DNA of 64,000 bases, from assembly GCF_001194135.2 (NCBI RefSeq), contig NC_069004.1, forward strand, positions 22,111,503-22,175,502. The letters are read 5' to 3'. Shown here one piece after another: positions 11,446 through 25,095 of the stretch (positions within the stretch are counted from its first letter, which is position 1; each line of letters begins with the position of its first letter). The notes beneath the pieces were generated by a model. The model searched no databases and was not told where the DNA came from. It saw only the letters and a list, made by a program, of their open reading frames with translations. Both the position numbers and the translations under genes were made by a program. The stretch comes from Octopus bimaculoides (Eukaryota).

Positions 11446-12311
11446 TTTAGGGGGGTTACAAACAGCACCATACACAGGTTGATACATTACAACTGGTTTT
11501 TTTTCAGATTGATAGTCAGGCCAAAATTATCACAAGCTGCATCAAATGCAGATACAAGGGATTGCAGACCCATTTCAGAATGACTAACCAGATCGCAATC
11601 GTCAGCATACAAAAGTTCCCTAATAAGTGAAGTAAAAACCTTCGTTTTAAACTTCAGTTGGGTTAAATTAAAAACATTCCCTGTTGTTCGATATTTTATG
11701 TAAATACCCTCCTCAGAGTTTTGAAAGGAATGTGACACCACAACGGCAAAATATATTGCAAAGAGGGTGGGTGCATCAAGGTCTCCTTGCTTTACTCCAT
11801 TTTCCACAGCAAAAGATTCAGAAAGCGTACCACCAAAATTAACCCTAGCTCTCATATCCTGATGCAAAGCCCTGACCATGTTTATAAACTTTTCTGGGCA
11901 ACCTATTTCCCCCAGAATTAGACACAGAGCATTTCGATTAACAGTATCGAATGCTTTGCTCAAATCAACAAAGCAACGGTATACAGCAAGATTCTGTTCA
12001 ATGCACTTCTCTTGTAATTGTCTGACAGTAAAGATACAATCAGCTGTGCCCCTGGAGAAACAAAAACCACACTGAGACTCAGACACTATATTTGGAACTA
12101 TAAAGGTATTTAAACGTTCTAACAAAATGCGGGCAAGTACCTTTCCGACCACAGACAAAAGCGAAATCCCACGAAAATTACCACACAGATCCTTTGGCCC
12201 CGATTTATATAAGGAGACAAGAATGGTATCAATCAAGTCTTGAGGCACTTTCTCACTTCTCCAACAGTGACAAATCAAAATATTTAAGAGTTCCATCATT
12301 TTGTCACCCCC
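11446..12311 (-). mobile_element. RTE-BovB-like LINE reverse-transcriptase fragment, 274 codons open
   Basis: ORF 11487-12311: [75 protein letters not shown]. Bounded by a (TA)n array at 12312 and an N-gap at 11445. Confidence 0.93.
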
Positions 12312-12314
12312 ATA

Positions 12315-12386
<72 letters not shown>

Positions 12387-12588
12387 CATACATATATATG
12401 CATGTATATATATATATACATATATATGTATATACAGATATCTATATATGTATATACATATATCTATATATATGTATATACATATATATATGTATATATT
12501 CATATATATATACATACACACACATATATATATATATACGTATATATATATATGTATATACACATATATATATGCATATATTTATATA

Positions 12589-12682
<94 letters not shown>

Positions 12683-12878
12683 TATATATATGCATATATA
12701 CGTATGTATATATATGTGTATGTATATATATGTATATGTATATATATATGCATATATACACATGTATATACATATATGCATATATACATATGTATATATA
12801 TGTATATATATATGCATATATATGTATATATATGTGTATATATATATATATGTGTGTGTGTGTGTATGTATATATATA
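12312..12878. repeat. Long compound (TA)n-derived microsatellite
   Basis: Read directly. Confidence 0.95.
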
Positions 12879-13370
12879 TTTCGTTTTTGGATTTGGTTTG
12901 CAAGATTTTGTATGTGATTTCGTGTGTTGAAGCATATTCTATTGTGTCTGGGGAGAGTCATTTTCGTATTGTGCCTTAAAATTTAATACACTCACTGGTA
13001 AAATTTATTCCTTATTTTTATTTTCCTAGAATTTTCGTTGCGTCTTGNNNNNNNNNNNNNNNNNNNNNNNNNNNNNNNNNNNNNNNNNNNNNNNNNNNNN
13101 NNNNNNNNNNNNNNNNNNNNNNNNNNNNNNNNNNNNNNNNNNNNNNNNNNNNNNNNNNNNNNNNNNNNNNNNNNNNNNNNNNNNNNNNNNNNNNNNNNNN
13201 NNNNNNNNNNNNNNNNNNNNNNNNNNNNNNNNNNNNNNNNNNNNNNNNNNNNNNNNNNNNNNNNNNNNNNNNNNNNNNNNNNNNNNNNNNNNNNNNNNNN
13301 NNNNNNNNNNNNNNNNNNNNNNNNNNNNNNNNNNNNNNNNNNNNNATATATATATATATATATATATATA

Positions 13371-13533
13371 GGCATAGGAGTGGCTGTGTGGTAAGTAGCT
13401 TGCTTACCAACCACATGGTTCCTGGTTCAGTCCCACTGCGTAGCACCTTGTGCAAGTGTCTTCTACTATAGCCTCGGACCAACCAAAGCCTTGTGAGTGG
13501 ATTTGGTAGACGGAAACTGAAAGAAGCCTGTCG
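13371..13533 (+). mobile_element. tRNA-derived SINE head (family A)
   Basis: A-box-like TGGCTGTGTGG, B-box-like GGTTCAGTCCC, then GCAAGTGTCTTCTACTATAGCC core. The same module recurs more than 10 times in the window. Confidence 0.85.
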
Positions 13534-15229
13534 TATATATGTATATATGAGTTGCTATGCAGTGTGACTGAAGCCAGAACCATGTGGTTGGGAAGCAATC
13601 TTGTTACTACACAGCTCCACTTGTGCCAATACATATATATTGTAATTACATGAGGATCGTTGTTTAATTCAGTAGACAGGAGAAGGATGTGTAAAAGGAA
13701 GATGGTGTGTATCTGTAGGTTACAAGAATGTGAAACGAGAAACATGATACACATATCTTGATGCAGGCATGCCTGTGAAGGTAAGAAGACTGATTCCCAA
13801 TCATATGATTTGGTAGGTGGAAATTGAAAGAAGCCAATTGTGTATGTTTGTGCATGTGTCTCCTTGTCTTGACATTACACAACAAGCAGTGTCATTCATT
13901 TCTAAAATTCAGTGCAAACACATCTGGCCATAAGCAAATATTACCCTGAAGTGAGGATCAGCGATTCAAAGTGCATCCAGCCATAGAAAATCTGCCACAA
14001 TAAACTTCATCCAATCCATGCCAACATGGGAAAATAGACTTTAAGATTATGATGATGATGATGATGTTATATTTATATCACATCAAGGGTGTGACTTGCA
14101 ACAACGGAGAATGAGGAGAGTACAAAAATGTACATTAGCAAATCCATGAAACAAAAACAGAACAAAGACCTACTCCATCGATATGGAAGAACAAACAATG
14201 AGCAAACAAAAATAGAAATCAACAAAAAACCTTGGAATATTCAATGATCAGATGGAACAATAAACAACAAAAAACAAACACATACTGGATTACAACACCT
14301 TAATAAATCTATTTAGTGTCACGTTGCGAGTTGAGGTTTTTTTTTTCTTTCTCTTTTTTTTTTTTTACTTTTTTTCTTCATCATTGTACTTAGAAGCGCT
14401 CAGTTTCTGTTGTTGAAGAGGAGAAGAAAAACAAAAGCACAAAGTAAATACTATCACACATTCTCTATTATCTGAAATAACAAATATTTTGATGACAATG
14501 ATGGTGGTGGTGGTGGTGGTGGCGGAAGTGACAGAAAAGAAATAAAGGTGATGATTGTGGAAAGTGATGGTATTAAGGTAGAAATAGTAGTGGCACTCCA
14601 TGTGGTGATGCTGACAGTGGTAATAATGGTGGGATAGTAATGGTGAGAACAGATGGTGGTGAGAACAGATGGTGGTGAGAACAGATGGTGGTGAGAATAT
14701 TAAGATGGATAAGAAACAAGTTGTATCATGGCAGAGAAGAAACAAAAGAGGTGTAGAAAAGAAACAGAGTTGTTGTTGTTGTTGGTGGTGGTGGTGGTGG
14801 AGAAGGCAGTTGTTATTTAGCTACAATTCAGCTTGGATCAAGCCATTCCAGTTATGACCATTCCAGTTTAATTGAAGCCATTCCATTTTGTGTGTGTGTG
14901 TTGTATTACACTTTCCAACGTGTCCATTCAAGAGAGTGTGAGTTGAGGGTGATTATTTCTAGCAAGCTGTATGACCACATAGAGACTCCTCTCACTTGTA
15001 ATTCAAAACTAAAGTGGACAGAAGAAGTAATATTCTACAGCAAAGATCATTTCTCTAACAGTCCTATTAGAATTCTTCCAATCATTCTTTCTTTCTTTTC
15101 CTCTTCCTTCTTATTATCACCGTTGCAGTCATTGGACTGCAGCCATCCTGGGCCACTGACAAATGGTTTTAGTTCAACAAACTGACCCCAGTACTCATTT
15201 ACATGTAAATTTGTTACTTTTTCTATTGA

Positions 15230-15500
15230 TCACTTTGATAAACTACTAAGTAATAAGAACATAAACAAACCAGCAGCAGTTGTCAAAGTCAGTGGTGGGA
15301 GAGGCACACATAAAAACACACACATATACGTAATATATACAAATACAACAAGCTTTCACATAGCTTCTGTCTACCAAATTCACTCACAAGCTATTGGTAA
15401 GCCCAAGGCTATAGTAGAAGAAACTTGCCCAAGGTGCCATGCAGTGGGATAGAACCTGAAACCATGTAGTTCAGCTTCCTAACAGTACAGCCATGTCTGC
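15230..15500 (-). mobile_element. SINE family A copy
   Basis: Reverse complement of the tail, microsatellite and head modules. Confidence 0.7.
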
Positions 15501-15754
15501 ACCTATTAACCTACTTATCTTTTACTTGTTTAAGTCATTAGACTCCAGCCATACTGGATACTGCTTTGGAGTATTTCTAGTCAAATGAATTGATCCAGTA
15601 CTTATTTTATTTTTAAGCCTGGCACTTATTCTAGCAGTCCCTCCTGCTGAACTGCTAACCTATGGAGACACAGACACATCAAAACTGGTTGTCAAGTGGT
15701 GGTGAGGGACACTCAGTGACATACACACATATAAATATATATGAAAGTACATGA

Positions 15755-15990
15755 CTTAGTGGTTAGGGTGTTGCACTTATGATTGCAAGATTGTGGTTTC
15801 AATTCCCAGACTGGGCATTGCATTGTGTTCTCGAGCAAAACACTTCATTTCACATTGCTCTATGATCATTTCATCAACTGACATGAGGCATGTTGTACAA
15901 ATAATGTCAATTTAATGGAGGGAGTGAGCTTATGTGAACACAAACATTTGATCACTGTAAACAAATCATCTGTGTAAGATGTTCAGCAAG
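15755..15990 (+). mobile_element. tRNA-derived SINE with V/Meta-domain-like core (family C)
   Basis: CTTAGTGGTTAGG..GGTTTCAATTCC..TTGTGTTCTCGAGCAAAACACTT; related to 22765 and 33755. Confidence 0.65.
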
Positions 15991-18234
15991 AAATTGCAGA
16001 ACCCTCATATGTTGCCTAATCAAGGGAGAGTCCATGATATATATACAACAGGGTTCTTTTAGTTTCTATCAAATCCACTCACAAGGTTTTGGTCTGCCCA
16101 AGGCTATAGTAGTGGGAATAAGCACAGGATCAGTGCATTCCATTCTAATAGAGGATTTGTGTATGTGGAGAGTGTCAGCGAAAAAGTAAAGCCAGATGCT
16201 TTTTAAACACACCTCGTAATCCAAGCATCCCTGGTTCAGAACAACACACCACTTGTTTGACAGGCTCCCTACTCTTCTGACTTGGTACTATCATGTATAT
16301 GATAAATGAAGCATCAAATAACAAAATATAAAGAACAGAGAGCAATAGAATCTGGTCTTTTTTTTCCTGCTAATTAAAACTTTTTGTTTTTGCTTGGTTT
16401 ACTTTAAACCTATTTGATTGATTGTTGGAAGTTTGAATTTAGTTTCGGTCTGTGGCATGCGTAAATTCTCATAGACAGTTGCTAGACGAATATCATAAAC
16501 AAGAAGGAGTTGATAACAGAGCTCTAATGGACACCTACTTGCATACTGAACTCTTGTTAAAGGAGTCACTGTGCATGGTTTGTATGAATCTCACTATCCA
16601 TTTATTTGGGTCTAGTTTTTTTTAATGGCCACCAAACAACAGGACCCTGTCGAAAGCCTTATCCAAGTTAACGAATGTTAGGTTTAGTGGCTTCTTCCAT
16701 GCTGAGAACTTCTTTCGTTAATGTCCACTTAACCATGCTTGCATGGGTTGGACAGAGTCTGTTGAAGCATACTTTCCACAGTTAGATGCTTGTCCTATTG
16801 CCAATCTTCACGTGTTTCCAATATTTCTCATGGCCAGACATATTTTCTTGCAGATTGGAAATGAATAACACTGTTTGTATGATGTTAACACTTGTTTACA
16901 ACTATTTTGCAGCTATCAAGGAGACATTAATGCATGCAACAGGCTTCTTATATAGATATAAGTTGGTCAATGAGATAAAGAAGAGTCAGTAATCTTGATT
17001 TTTAAAGGCTCTCATTTCAGACAAGTGAAATTAATGTGGCCATTGCAAAAACTGGACATGTGTAGGTCAATGTCTGAAGGTAAAAACAAGGATAGAAATG
17101 GAATTGGGAAGATAGGGGTGTCTGGTTTGAATGCTGCCAGCAGAATAAATCTTACAAAAAAGCATCCAAAGGACTGAAGAGGTAGGATGAAGAGGCTGCA
17201 TTGATCCAAACTGCCTTTCCTTGTCACATCACAGTATTTCACTCTGGTAATGGACCTGATACTCTTGTGAGAAACCACAGAAACAAGGTTTGTTCTGATG
17301 CATTTTAACAACAGAAGTGTCAACACCTTCAAAACTTGACCAGATACAAACCTCAAAACACAAACCAAAAAAAAAAAAGAAACAATTTAAAAGATAAATC
17401 ATGAAATGGCTAATTAAATGAATGAGAGGTCATTAGCTGCAAGTCAATCTGCCACAGTAGTAGTAGTAGTAGAAGTAGTTGTTGTTGTTGTTGTTATTGT
17501 TATTGTAGTAGTTGTTGCTGTCTCAAAGGACAGATCAATAGCATGGAAAGAAGGGAAAAAATATTAACAAAAATCAATATCATCATATTGTCCAAGTTGG
17601 CGTAGAATACAATGGAAATAGACTGAGCTGTGTCTTCAAAATATTCTTTATCCCACGCACATGCTCTGCTAGCCACACACTTCACTCACTCTCTCTCTCC
17701 CTCTATCTCGCTCTTACACACACACACAGCAACAACAGGGAATAGCCTACACAAGAATGATAATATTTATTCAGATGTATTGGTTTTGATTTTATTGCTG
17801 TTAATAGAATTTTAACATAAACTTCACTAAACCCACACTAATTTATGTAAACTCCCCCTCTCACCTAACATATTCCACCCCACAATTCCATCATATCAAT
17901 TTAAAATGTTATCAAAGCCTAAATTTGAAATTTTTTAAAAACAAATTTGTTTTTATTGTTTCAAATATATCAGTTGATTAAAATGATACCACCAGTATAT
18001 TAGTGGTACTATTTAACCAGCCACAGAAATATAAAAGTCTTACTTGCAACGAGGAAAGCTGAGGTTCAGTTTTAATTTGTATTTTGTTGTTAGAAGCAAT
18101 TCTAATTTGTATTTTGATGTTTAATTTTTGCTATTTTCAAGCAAGATTTTTAAGTATGCAGTTCATGTTTATTTGACCTGTAATGTGAAGTATGGGTTCT
18201 TGAAAAAATTAAATAGAATGGAAATAATGATATC

Positions 18235-18428
18235 AAATTTTGGCACAAGGCCAGCAATTTCGGAGGAAGTCAATTACATTGAACCCAGTATTTAACTTAC
18301 CTTATTGACCCAAAAGGATGAAAGGCAAAGTTGACATTGGTAGAACTTGAACTCAGAATGCAAAGACAGATGAAATGCAACTAAGCATTTTGCCCAGTGT
18401 GCTAACGATTCTGCCAGCTCATCGCCTT
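18235..18428 (-). mobile_element. Nin-domain-type tRNA SINE (family B)
   Basis: Reverse complement contains GAGTTCAAGTTC..TTTGCCTTTCATCCTTTTGGGTCAATAAG; near-identical modules at 28491, 43353, 60311 and 61661. Confidence 0.8.
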
Positions 18429-18514
18429 AAAAAAGTACAATAGAAATAATGTCCACACATATGTATAGTGCAACACTATTTCTTTTAGACATTGGTAGAT
18501 ACTAACATGAAATA

Positions 18515-19760
18515 TTAGGTCATTAAGAAATGAAATGTCTGATTTTGAACTGAAAGTTTATTTTACTTTACCTCAACAAAAAGCAATGTAGTTAATCAAA
18601 GTATGCACCTAAATTATCAACGCAATTTTGCCATTTCATTGGTAGCTTATTTATGCTGGCAGCAAAGAATTCTGGAGAGCAAGAGGTGATGAAATCACGA
18701 AAGACTGTTTTTGCATCTTCTTCAGAAGCTTTCCCTTGCAAAAAGTTGTCTAATGCCTGGAAAACTTGATAATCAGTTGGTGCAAGGCCTCGTGAATATG
18801 GTGGATGACAGAGTACTTCCAAGTTCAGTTCCTGTAACCTGAGTAGCGTTCTTTGTGCAACATGTGGTTGAGCATTGTCTTGCAAGAGAATTGGCCTGTC
18901 TCTTTTGACCAAACTCACTTGTTTAATTGCAAGTTCATTCATCATTTCATCCAGTTGGTTGATGTATACATCTGCTGTAATTGACTTACGAGGTCCCATG
19001 AAGTTGTAGTGGATGACAACAGTGCTGGACCACCAAACAGACACCATTAGCGTTTTTTGGTGAATATTGTTTTTTTGGCACTTCGTCTCTACCCAACCAC
19101 TGTGCAGAATGCTTGCTGTTGTTGAAAATCCATTTTTCATCACACGTAACAATGCGATGCAAAAATGGTTCACTTTTATGCCGAGACAGCAAAGAACAGC
19201 AAGTTTTAAGACGTCTCATTTGATGATCGTTCAGTTTGTGTAGTACCCACTTGTCCAGTTTCTTTACCTTGCCAATTTGTTACAGATGGCCCAGTACAGT
19301 TGGAATCGAAACATCAAACCTTGCTAACTCAAGCGCAGTTTGAGATGTATCCGCTTCTACTATAGTTTCCAGCATATCATTATCAACCTTGGCCTCAAGT
19401 CTACCATGGGGCTAATTTTCCAGACCAGAACTTCTCAAACCATTGATGTACAGTGTGTTTCTTCGCCACATCTTCCCCAAGCACCTCTTTGATGTTTCAA
19501 ACTGTCTGGGATGCAGTGGTTCCATGATGAAAATCATATTCATAAACAACATGAATTTTTTATCTACCCATGCATTCACAAAAATTGATTTACAAGAGAA
19601 AATTCACAATATAATCAGACATCATGAATTGCATTTCGAAAAGTGATGATGTAACACTTCAATGTTGTAAAACAAAGAATTGTCAAGATAAAACATTAGA
19701 GTTAACGATTGTCAAACTTGGTGCATAAGAAAATCAGACATTTCATTCTTAATGACCTGA
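18515..19760 (-). mobile_element. Full-length decayed mariner (D,D34D), 1246 bp
   Basis: TIRs TTAGGTCATTAAGAAATGAAATGTCTGATTTT (18515-) and its near reverse complement ending at 19760, with TA on both flanks. Transposase about 19571 to 18592 has IVTCDEKW, LLQDNAQPH and HPPYSRGLAPTDY, with frameshifts. Confidence 0.95.
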
Positions 19761-20093
19761 TATATTCAAATACTGACCATGTCATCATCATTAATATAAC
19801 ACCCACTTTTGCATGCTTGCATGGGTCAGATGAAACTTGTTGAGGCAGATTTTTTTCTATAGCTCAAGCTCTACTGGTTTCTGATATTTCTCTTAGTCAA
19901 ACAATGAGCAACTCCATGGTCAGACATGTTTTTGTAGAGGAATGCAAACAAACTGACAATATTTGACTGAATAATGACTGTCTACAATCATTACACAAAA
20001 GTCAAGACAAGAGGAAGATACAAATATAAACAGAGACACATCTATACACACACATATACATGTGCTATATACATGTGCTATATGTGCTATATG

Positions 20094-20129
<36 letters not shown>

Positions 20130-20634
20130 TATATATATATATATGTGAGACCAACAGAAGTCCTTCAAGACTAGATTTAACAAGCACAGGTCCTCCTTTA
20201 ATATCCACAAGTGGAATGTCACAGCCCTAACTGGGTAAACATATGCCAATGTTGAAAGAAAGCAGCATGGATCAAGTGAAGAGTATTAGAGAGGTGCATA
20301 CTTTACTTTGATAACAGCAGGAGGTGCAGGCTATGCAAAAGGTGGAGAAAAGAATTCTCCTAACAAATTCTTTCCATCTATGGGTACTTACAAAAACTGT
20401 AAAAGAAGAATTTTTGTGATCCCACTCACATGAAAAAATATATGCACTTGAGTACTGGGGGACTGTGCCATGATTAGAAACATCAGAGATTCCACCAATG
20501 ATACATGAGAGGGGGAAGTTAGGGAAGGGAAGGTGATGAGTAACACTACTGAAGTGGGATGAAGAGTAGTAGAATAGTAATGTAACACACACACACACAC
20601 ACACATATGAGTAATGTCAGAGTGTATGTATATC

Positions 20635-20920
20635 AGAGTGAAAATGATTTAAGAGAAAGATTGGGCAGAAAAGGCATCAGTTGTAGTGTGTAAGGGAGAA
20701 GACTTTGCTGGTATGGTTATGTGGTGTGTATGGATGAGGACAGCTGTATAAGGAACTACTGATCTCTAATTATGGAACAAACCTCTGGAAGGGGAAGACT
20801 CAGAAAGATGTGAGATGAAGTTGTGAGAAAGGATCTTCAAACATTGGGCCTCACAGATGACATGACAAGGGGCCAAGACCTCTTGCAGTTTGCTGTACCT
20901 GAGAAGACATATCAAGCTAA
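20635..20920 (+). mobile_element. RTE LINE C-terminal fragment
   Basis: LRERLGRKGISCSV*GRRLCWYGYVVCMDED..GRGRLRKM*DEVVRKDL. Confidence 0.65.
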
Positions 20921-20999
20921 TTAAAACTGTGGCCATCCATACATACAGGTATGTCCTCCACATCCTGCTCTCAGCCAAAAGGCCCTTCACTTGAGGGCT

Positions 21000-21232
21000 T
21001 GTGAGTATTAGTGTCACATAAAAAACACTCGTGCCAGTGTCATGGAAAAGCACCCATGCAGGTGCCATGTAAAAGACCCTGTGCTGGTGCCATATAGAAG
21101 CATTTGTGCCAGTGCCATGCCAGAAGTATCCAGCACACTCTGTAAAGTGGTTGGGGTTAGGAAGGGCATCCAACCACAGAAACCATGCCAAAACAGACAA
21201 ATGGAACCTGGGAAACATGTTAAATGATGATA
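21000..21232 (+). mobile_element. Short non-autonomous repeat with RTE-like (GAT)n tail (family D)
   Basis: CTCTGTAAAGTGGTTGGGGTTAGGAAGGGCATCCA..ATGTTAAATGATGAT; the same module occurs at 24625 (reverse), 58440 and elsewhere. Confidence 0.65.
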
Positions 21233-21263
21233 TAAAGTAAATATATATATATATAGAGAGAGA

Positions 21264-21306
<43 letters not shown>

Positions 21307-22589
21307 TATTTATATTTTGGTTGAATCAATCTCTGGCTACACTGGAGTTTTACCTATGAATTCACAGGGTTATCAGCCAAATTATGAATGCAAATAATGG
21401 AGATTAAAGATACTTATAGAATTTCTTTCTGAGAATGGAATATAGAATATGTCTGTAGAAGAAAGAAAAAGGAAAAGGGGAAAGGAAAGAAGAGTAGGGA
21501 TCTTAGTCTTGTGAGTTGTGTGGCAACCTCACTAGCGTTGGTACTATGAAAAGCACCCCCAGTCATTCTGTAAAATAATTGCCATTAGGAAGGACATTTA
21601 ACCATAGAAATTAAGCTAAAGCAGAGAATGGAGCACAAGGCAGTTCTTGGATCTGTCAGATTCTGTAATACTTTCCAACCTACGCCAGCATGGAAGGTGG
21701 GTGTTAAAAGATGATATATATATATACATGTATGTGTGTGCACGCGCGCATGTGTGTGTGGATGCATGTCATCATCATCATCATTTGTGTGTGTGTGTGT
21801 GCATGCACATTTATATATGTGTGTGCACATTATCTGCATGTATGTATACGTAGATAAATTTACTTCTACTCTTATTGCAGTCAATGCAATAAGAAGTTTA
21901 GCTTCCTTCTTTCCAAGATCTTCCTGGCTGCTTGCACTGCAATCTAAACTTGCACTGTTGTTTGACAGATTTACTAATGAAACACGATACCACCGACATT
22001 GCTATTTAATTCCCACCGACATATCAACCATACGCAAACAGAAACATACCTAACAAATATACCAACACAAGCGCATCAATCATCCACCAACACAGACACA
22101 ACATGACTAAAGATATCTGCTATATACGTATATATACATATATATAGCTGATGCACACACATACATAGAATGTCTTCTCATACAAAACTGCAAGAATATT
22201 TTCATATACACTTGCAGTAATAGTGAGTGGTCTGGTGTGTGGGTGTAAGGTAATGAGTTTGTGGCCATGCTGTGGCATCACCTTTTAAGATATAATCAAT
22301 TAGAGTGAATCCCCACAAGTAATTTTTATCAACAGGATACTTATTTTATCAATGATTTCAGATAGAGGAAATGCTGTTTGGATCTAAATAGGATTTGAAC
22401 TCAGAATGCAAACAGACACAACCAATTACCAAATATTTCAAAATGTTACATCCAATGCTCTAATGATTCTGCTCTCTATCTGTCAGCCAATACACTTATT
22501 TCTGCAATTAATTATTTCTTTGTATATTTAATTCACTACAGGATATTTTTTAAGGGAAGAAGAAATGGAAAGTTGTGATGTCTTTTGCC

Positions 22590-23123
22590 TTAACCCTTTA
22601 GCATTTAAACCAATCATATCCAGGCCAAATATTCTACCAAACTGGCCAGATTTGACCTCTCATATCTACCCTAAAATGTCATTCTGAAAATAAACAATCA
22701 TATCATCAAAATCTTAAGCTGCGAAGCAGTGCCTGATTCAATCAAAACATTGTGAATAAAAAACAGAGCATCGGGCTCACAATCATGAGGTAGTGAGTTT
22801 GATTCCTAGACCAGGCTGTGTACTGTGTTCTTGAGCAAGACACTTTATTTCACATTGCACCAATTAACTCGGCTGTAGAAATGAGCTGCGATGTCTCCGA
22901 TGCCAAGCTGTATTGGCAATTGCCTTTCCCTTGGATGACATCAATGACATGGAGAGGGAAGGTGGGTATGCATGGGTGACTGCTGGTCTTCCATAAAAAC
23001 AACTGTGCCCGGATTTGTGCCTCAGAGGGGAATGTTCTAGGTGCAATCTCATGGTCATTCATGGCTGTGGGGAGATCTTTACCCTTTGCATTTGACAGAG
23101 TAATCTGGGAGCTAAAGGGTTAA
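22590..23123. mobile_element. TTAA-flanked (piggyBac-like) MITE interrupted by a family C SINE (about 22765-23087)
   Basis: Termini TTAACCCTTTAGC (22590) and GCTAAAGGGTTAA (23123); an uninterrupted relative lies at 50641-50839. Confidence 0.75.
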
Positions 23124-23339
23124 GGGCTTTATGGGGATATTTGAAGAGAAAGCATTCTAACTAATAATCAAATACATGCTACTCTCAAACAAAGGAGTAG
23201 AAATTAAGTTGAGCTTAGCTCTTGCTCTAAGCACTTGTTGATTAACTCTTTCCATATCAACTCCATCTATGACCACCTCTATCTAGCCTGCGCCTCATTG
23301 TAAGGAGACTGCAAGAGGAATACTGAGATAGGGAGAAGG

Positions 23340-24620
23340 AGTCGTACATGTGCTTCGTTGATCTGGAGAAGGCATTTGATAAGGTTCCAAAGAAGGTCAT
23401 TGAGTGGGCATTGAGAAAAAGAGGTGTACTAGAGGTAATAGTGGGGGCAGTAATGAGTTTGTATGAGGGGGTAAAGACAAGAGTCAGAATTGGATCAGAA
23501 TTGTTGGAGGAGTTTGCAGTGAAAGTTGGTGTGCATCAGGGATCTGTGTTGTCACCATTCTTGTTTGCAGCAGTGGTTGATGTGGTGATGGAGAGTGCAA
23601 GAGAGGGACTGCTAATGGAGATACTGTATGCAGATGACCTTGTTCTGATGAGTGAGACGATGGAAGGATTGAGGGAGAAGCTTTGGAAATGGAAGGAGGC
23701 GTTTGAAAGCAAGGGTTTGAAGGTAAACCTCGGGAAGACAAAGGTGATGGTGAGCGGGATGGAAGGAGAAGTGTTAGTGTGTAAGGTGGATCCATGTGGT
23801 GTATGTGGGAGGAGGGTAATGGCAAATGTGGTGTTGTGTATGTGAGAAATGGATTCATGGTAGGTGTATGAAAATGCAGAAAGTGATCCAAAGACTGACA
23901 AGAGAGTTTGTTTGTAGAAGATGTGACAAAGGAACTGGGGGCTGGCAGAACCAGTGGAAACACTATGTGACGAGGTGGAGACAGTGAGAGGGTTTTGTTA
24001 TTTGGGAGATAGGATGGATGTAAGCGGTGGATGTGAAGCAGTTGTGACAGCAAGAGCGAGACCTAGGCTGGATGAAGTTCAGGGAATGTAGAGTGTTGTT
24101 ATATGGGAGAAGATTCTCATTGAAGATGAAAGGAAGGGTCTATAGGAGTTGCATGAGAACTGCAATGCTGTATGGGAGTGAGACATGGTGTCTGAGAGGG
24201 AGAGAGATGGTAATTTTGAGAAGGACTGAGAGAGCAATGGTGAGAGAAATGTGTGGAGTGAAGCTGTTTGATAATAGGACTGAGGACCTGATGAGGATAC
24301 TGAGGTTGGAAGAATCGGTAGAACAGCTGGCAAGGGCGAATGGAGTGTGGTGGTATGGGCATGTGTTGAGGAGGGATGAGGAGCATGTTCTGAGGAGGGT
24401 GATTGTGGTTGAGGTAAATGGACAGCGAAAGCGAGGTAGACTGAGGAAATGGTGGAGGAGATTGGGAGGGTTAGTTTGAAAAAGGAGGATGCCCAAAACC
24501 GAGCAAGATGGGGAGATGGTGTGAGAGTGGTTGCTATGGCATTGAGGTAGATCCGCCCCCCCCCCCATTAACAGGGACAAAACCTGGATTTAAAACACTG
24601 GATGATGGATGGATGGATAT
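23340..24620 (+). mobile_element. 5'-truncated RTE-clade LINE (RT C-terminal half to 3' tail)
   Basis: CFVDLEKAFDKVP, VGVHQGSVLSPFLF, ILYADDLVL, LKVNLGKTKVMV, AMLYGSETW, WYGHVLRR; (GGAT)n tail. Confidence 0.93.
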
Positions 24621-24624
24621 ATAT

Positions 24625-25061
24625 ATTATCATCATCATCGTTGTCGTTTAACGTCCGCTTTCCATGCTAGCATGGGTTGGACGATTGACTGAGGACTGGT
24701 GGACCAGGAGGCGACACCAGGCTCCAATCTGATCTGGCAGAGTTTCTACAGCTAGATGCCCTTCCTAACACCAACCACTGCAAGAGTGGGTGCTTTTACG
24801 TGCCACCAGCACAAGGGCCAGTCAGGCGGTACTGGCAACGGCCACGCTCAAAATGCAGTATTTTACATGCCACCTGCACAGAAACCAGTCCATCGGCAAT
24901 GGCAACGATCTTGCTCGAATGTCTTTTCACATGCTACTGGCACAAGTGCCAGGAAGGCGACGTTGATAACAATCAACAGCCACGCTTGAAATGGTGTATT
25001 TTATGTGTCACCTGCACAGGAGCCAGTCCATCGGCACTGGCAACGATCTCGCTCAAATGTC

Positions 25062-25070
<9 letters not shown>
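24625..25070 (-). mobile_element. Family D repeat with internal GC-rich subrepeats
   Basis: CATCATCATCGTTGTCGTTTAACGTCCGCTTTCCATGCTAGCATGGGTTGGACG, followed by recurring CCAGTCCATCGGCA(A/C)TGGCAACGATCT units. Confidence 0.7.

Positions 25071-25095
<25 letters not shown>

Noticed and set aside
11270-11490. Apparent Penelope-RTE chimera
   Set aside because: The two elements are separated by a 100-N scaffold gap, so the junction is not observed.
14639-14696. 16-bp unit GGTGGTGAGAACAGAT x3
   Set aside because: Short slippage repeat within a (GGT)n region; no further structure.
17012-17368. Non-repeat-looking region with a 118-aa minus ORF after a poly-T tract
   Set aside because: No recognisable domain and no consistent acceptor/donor pair in a usable phase.
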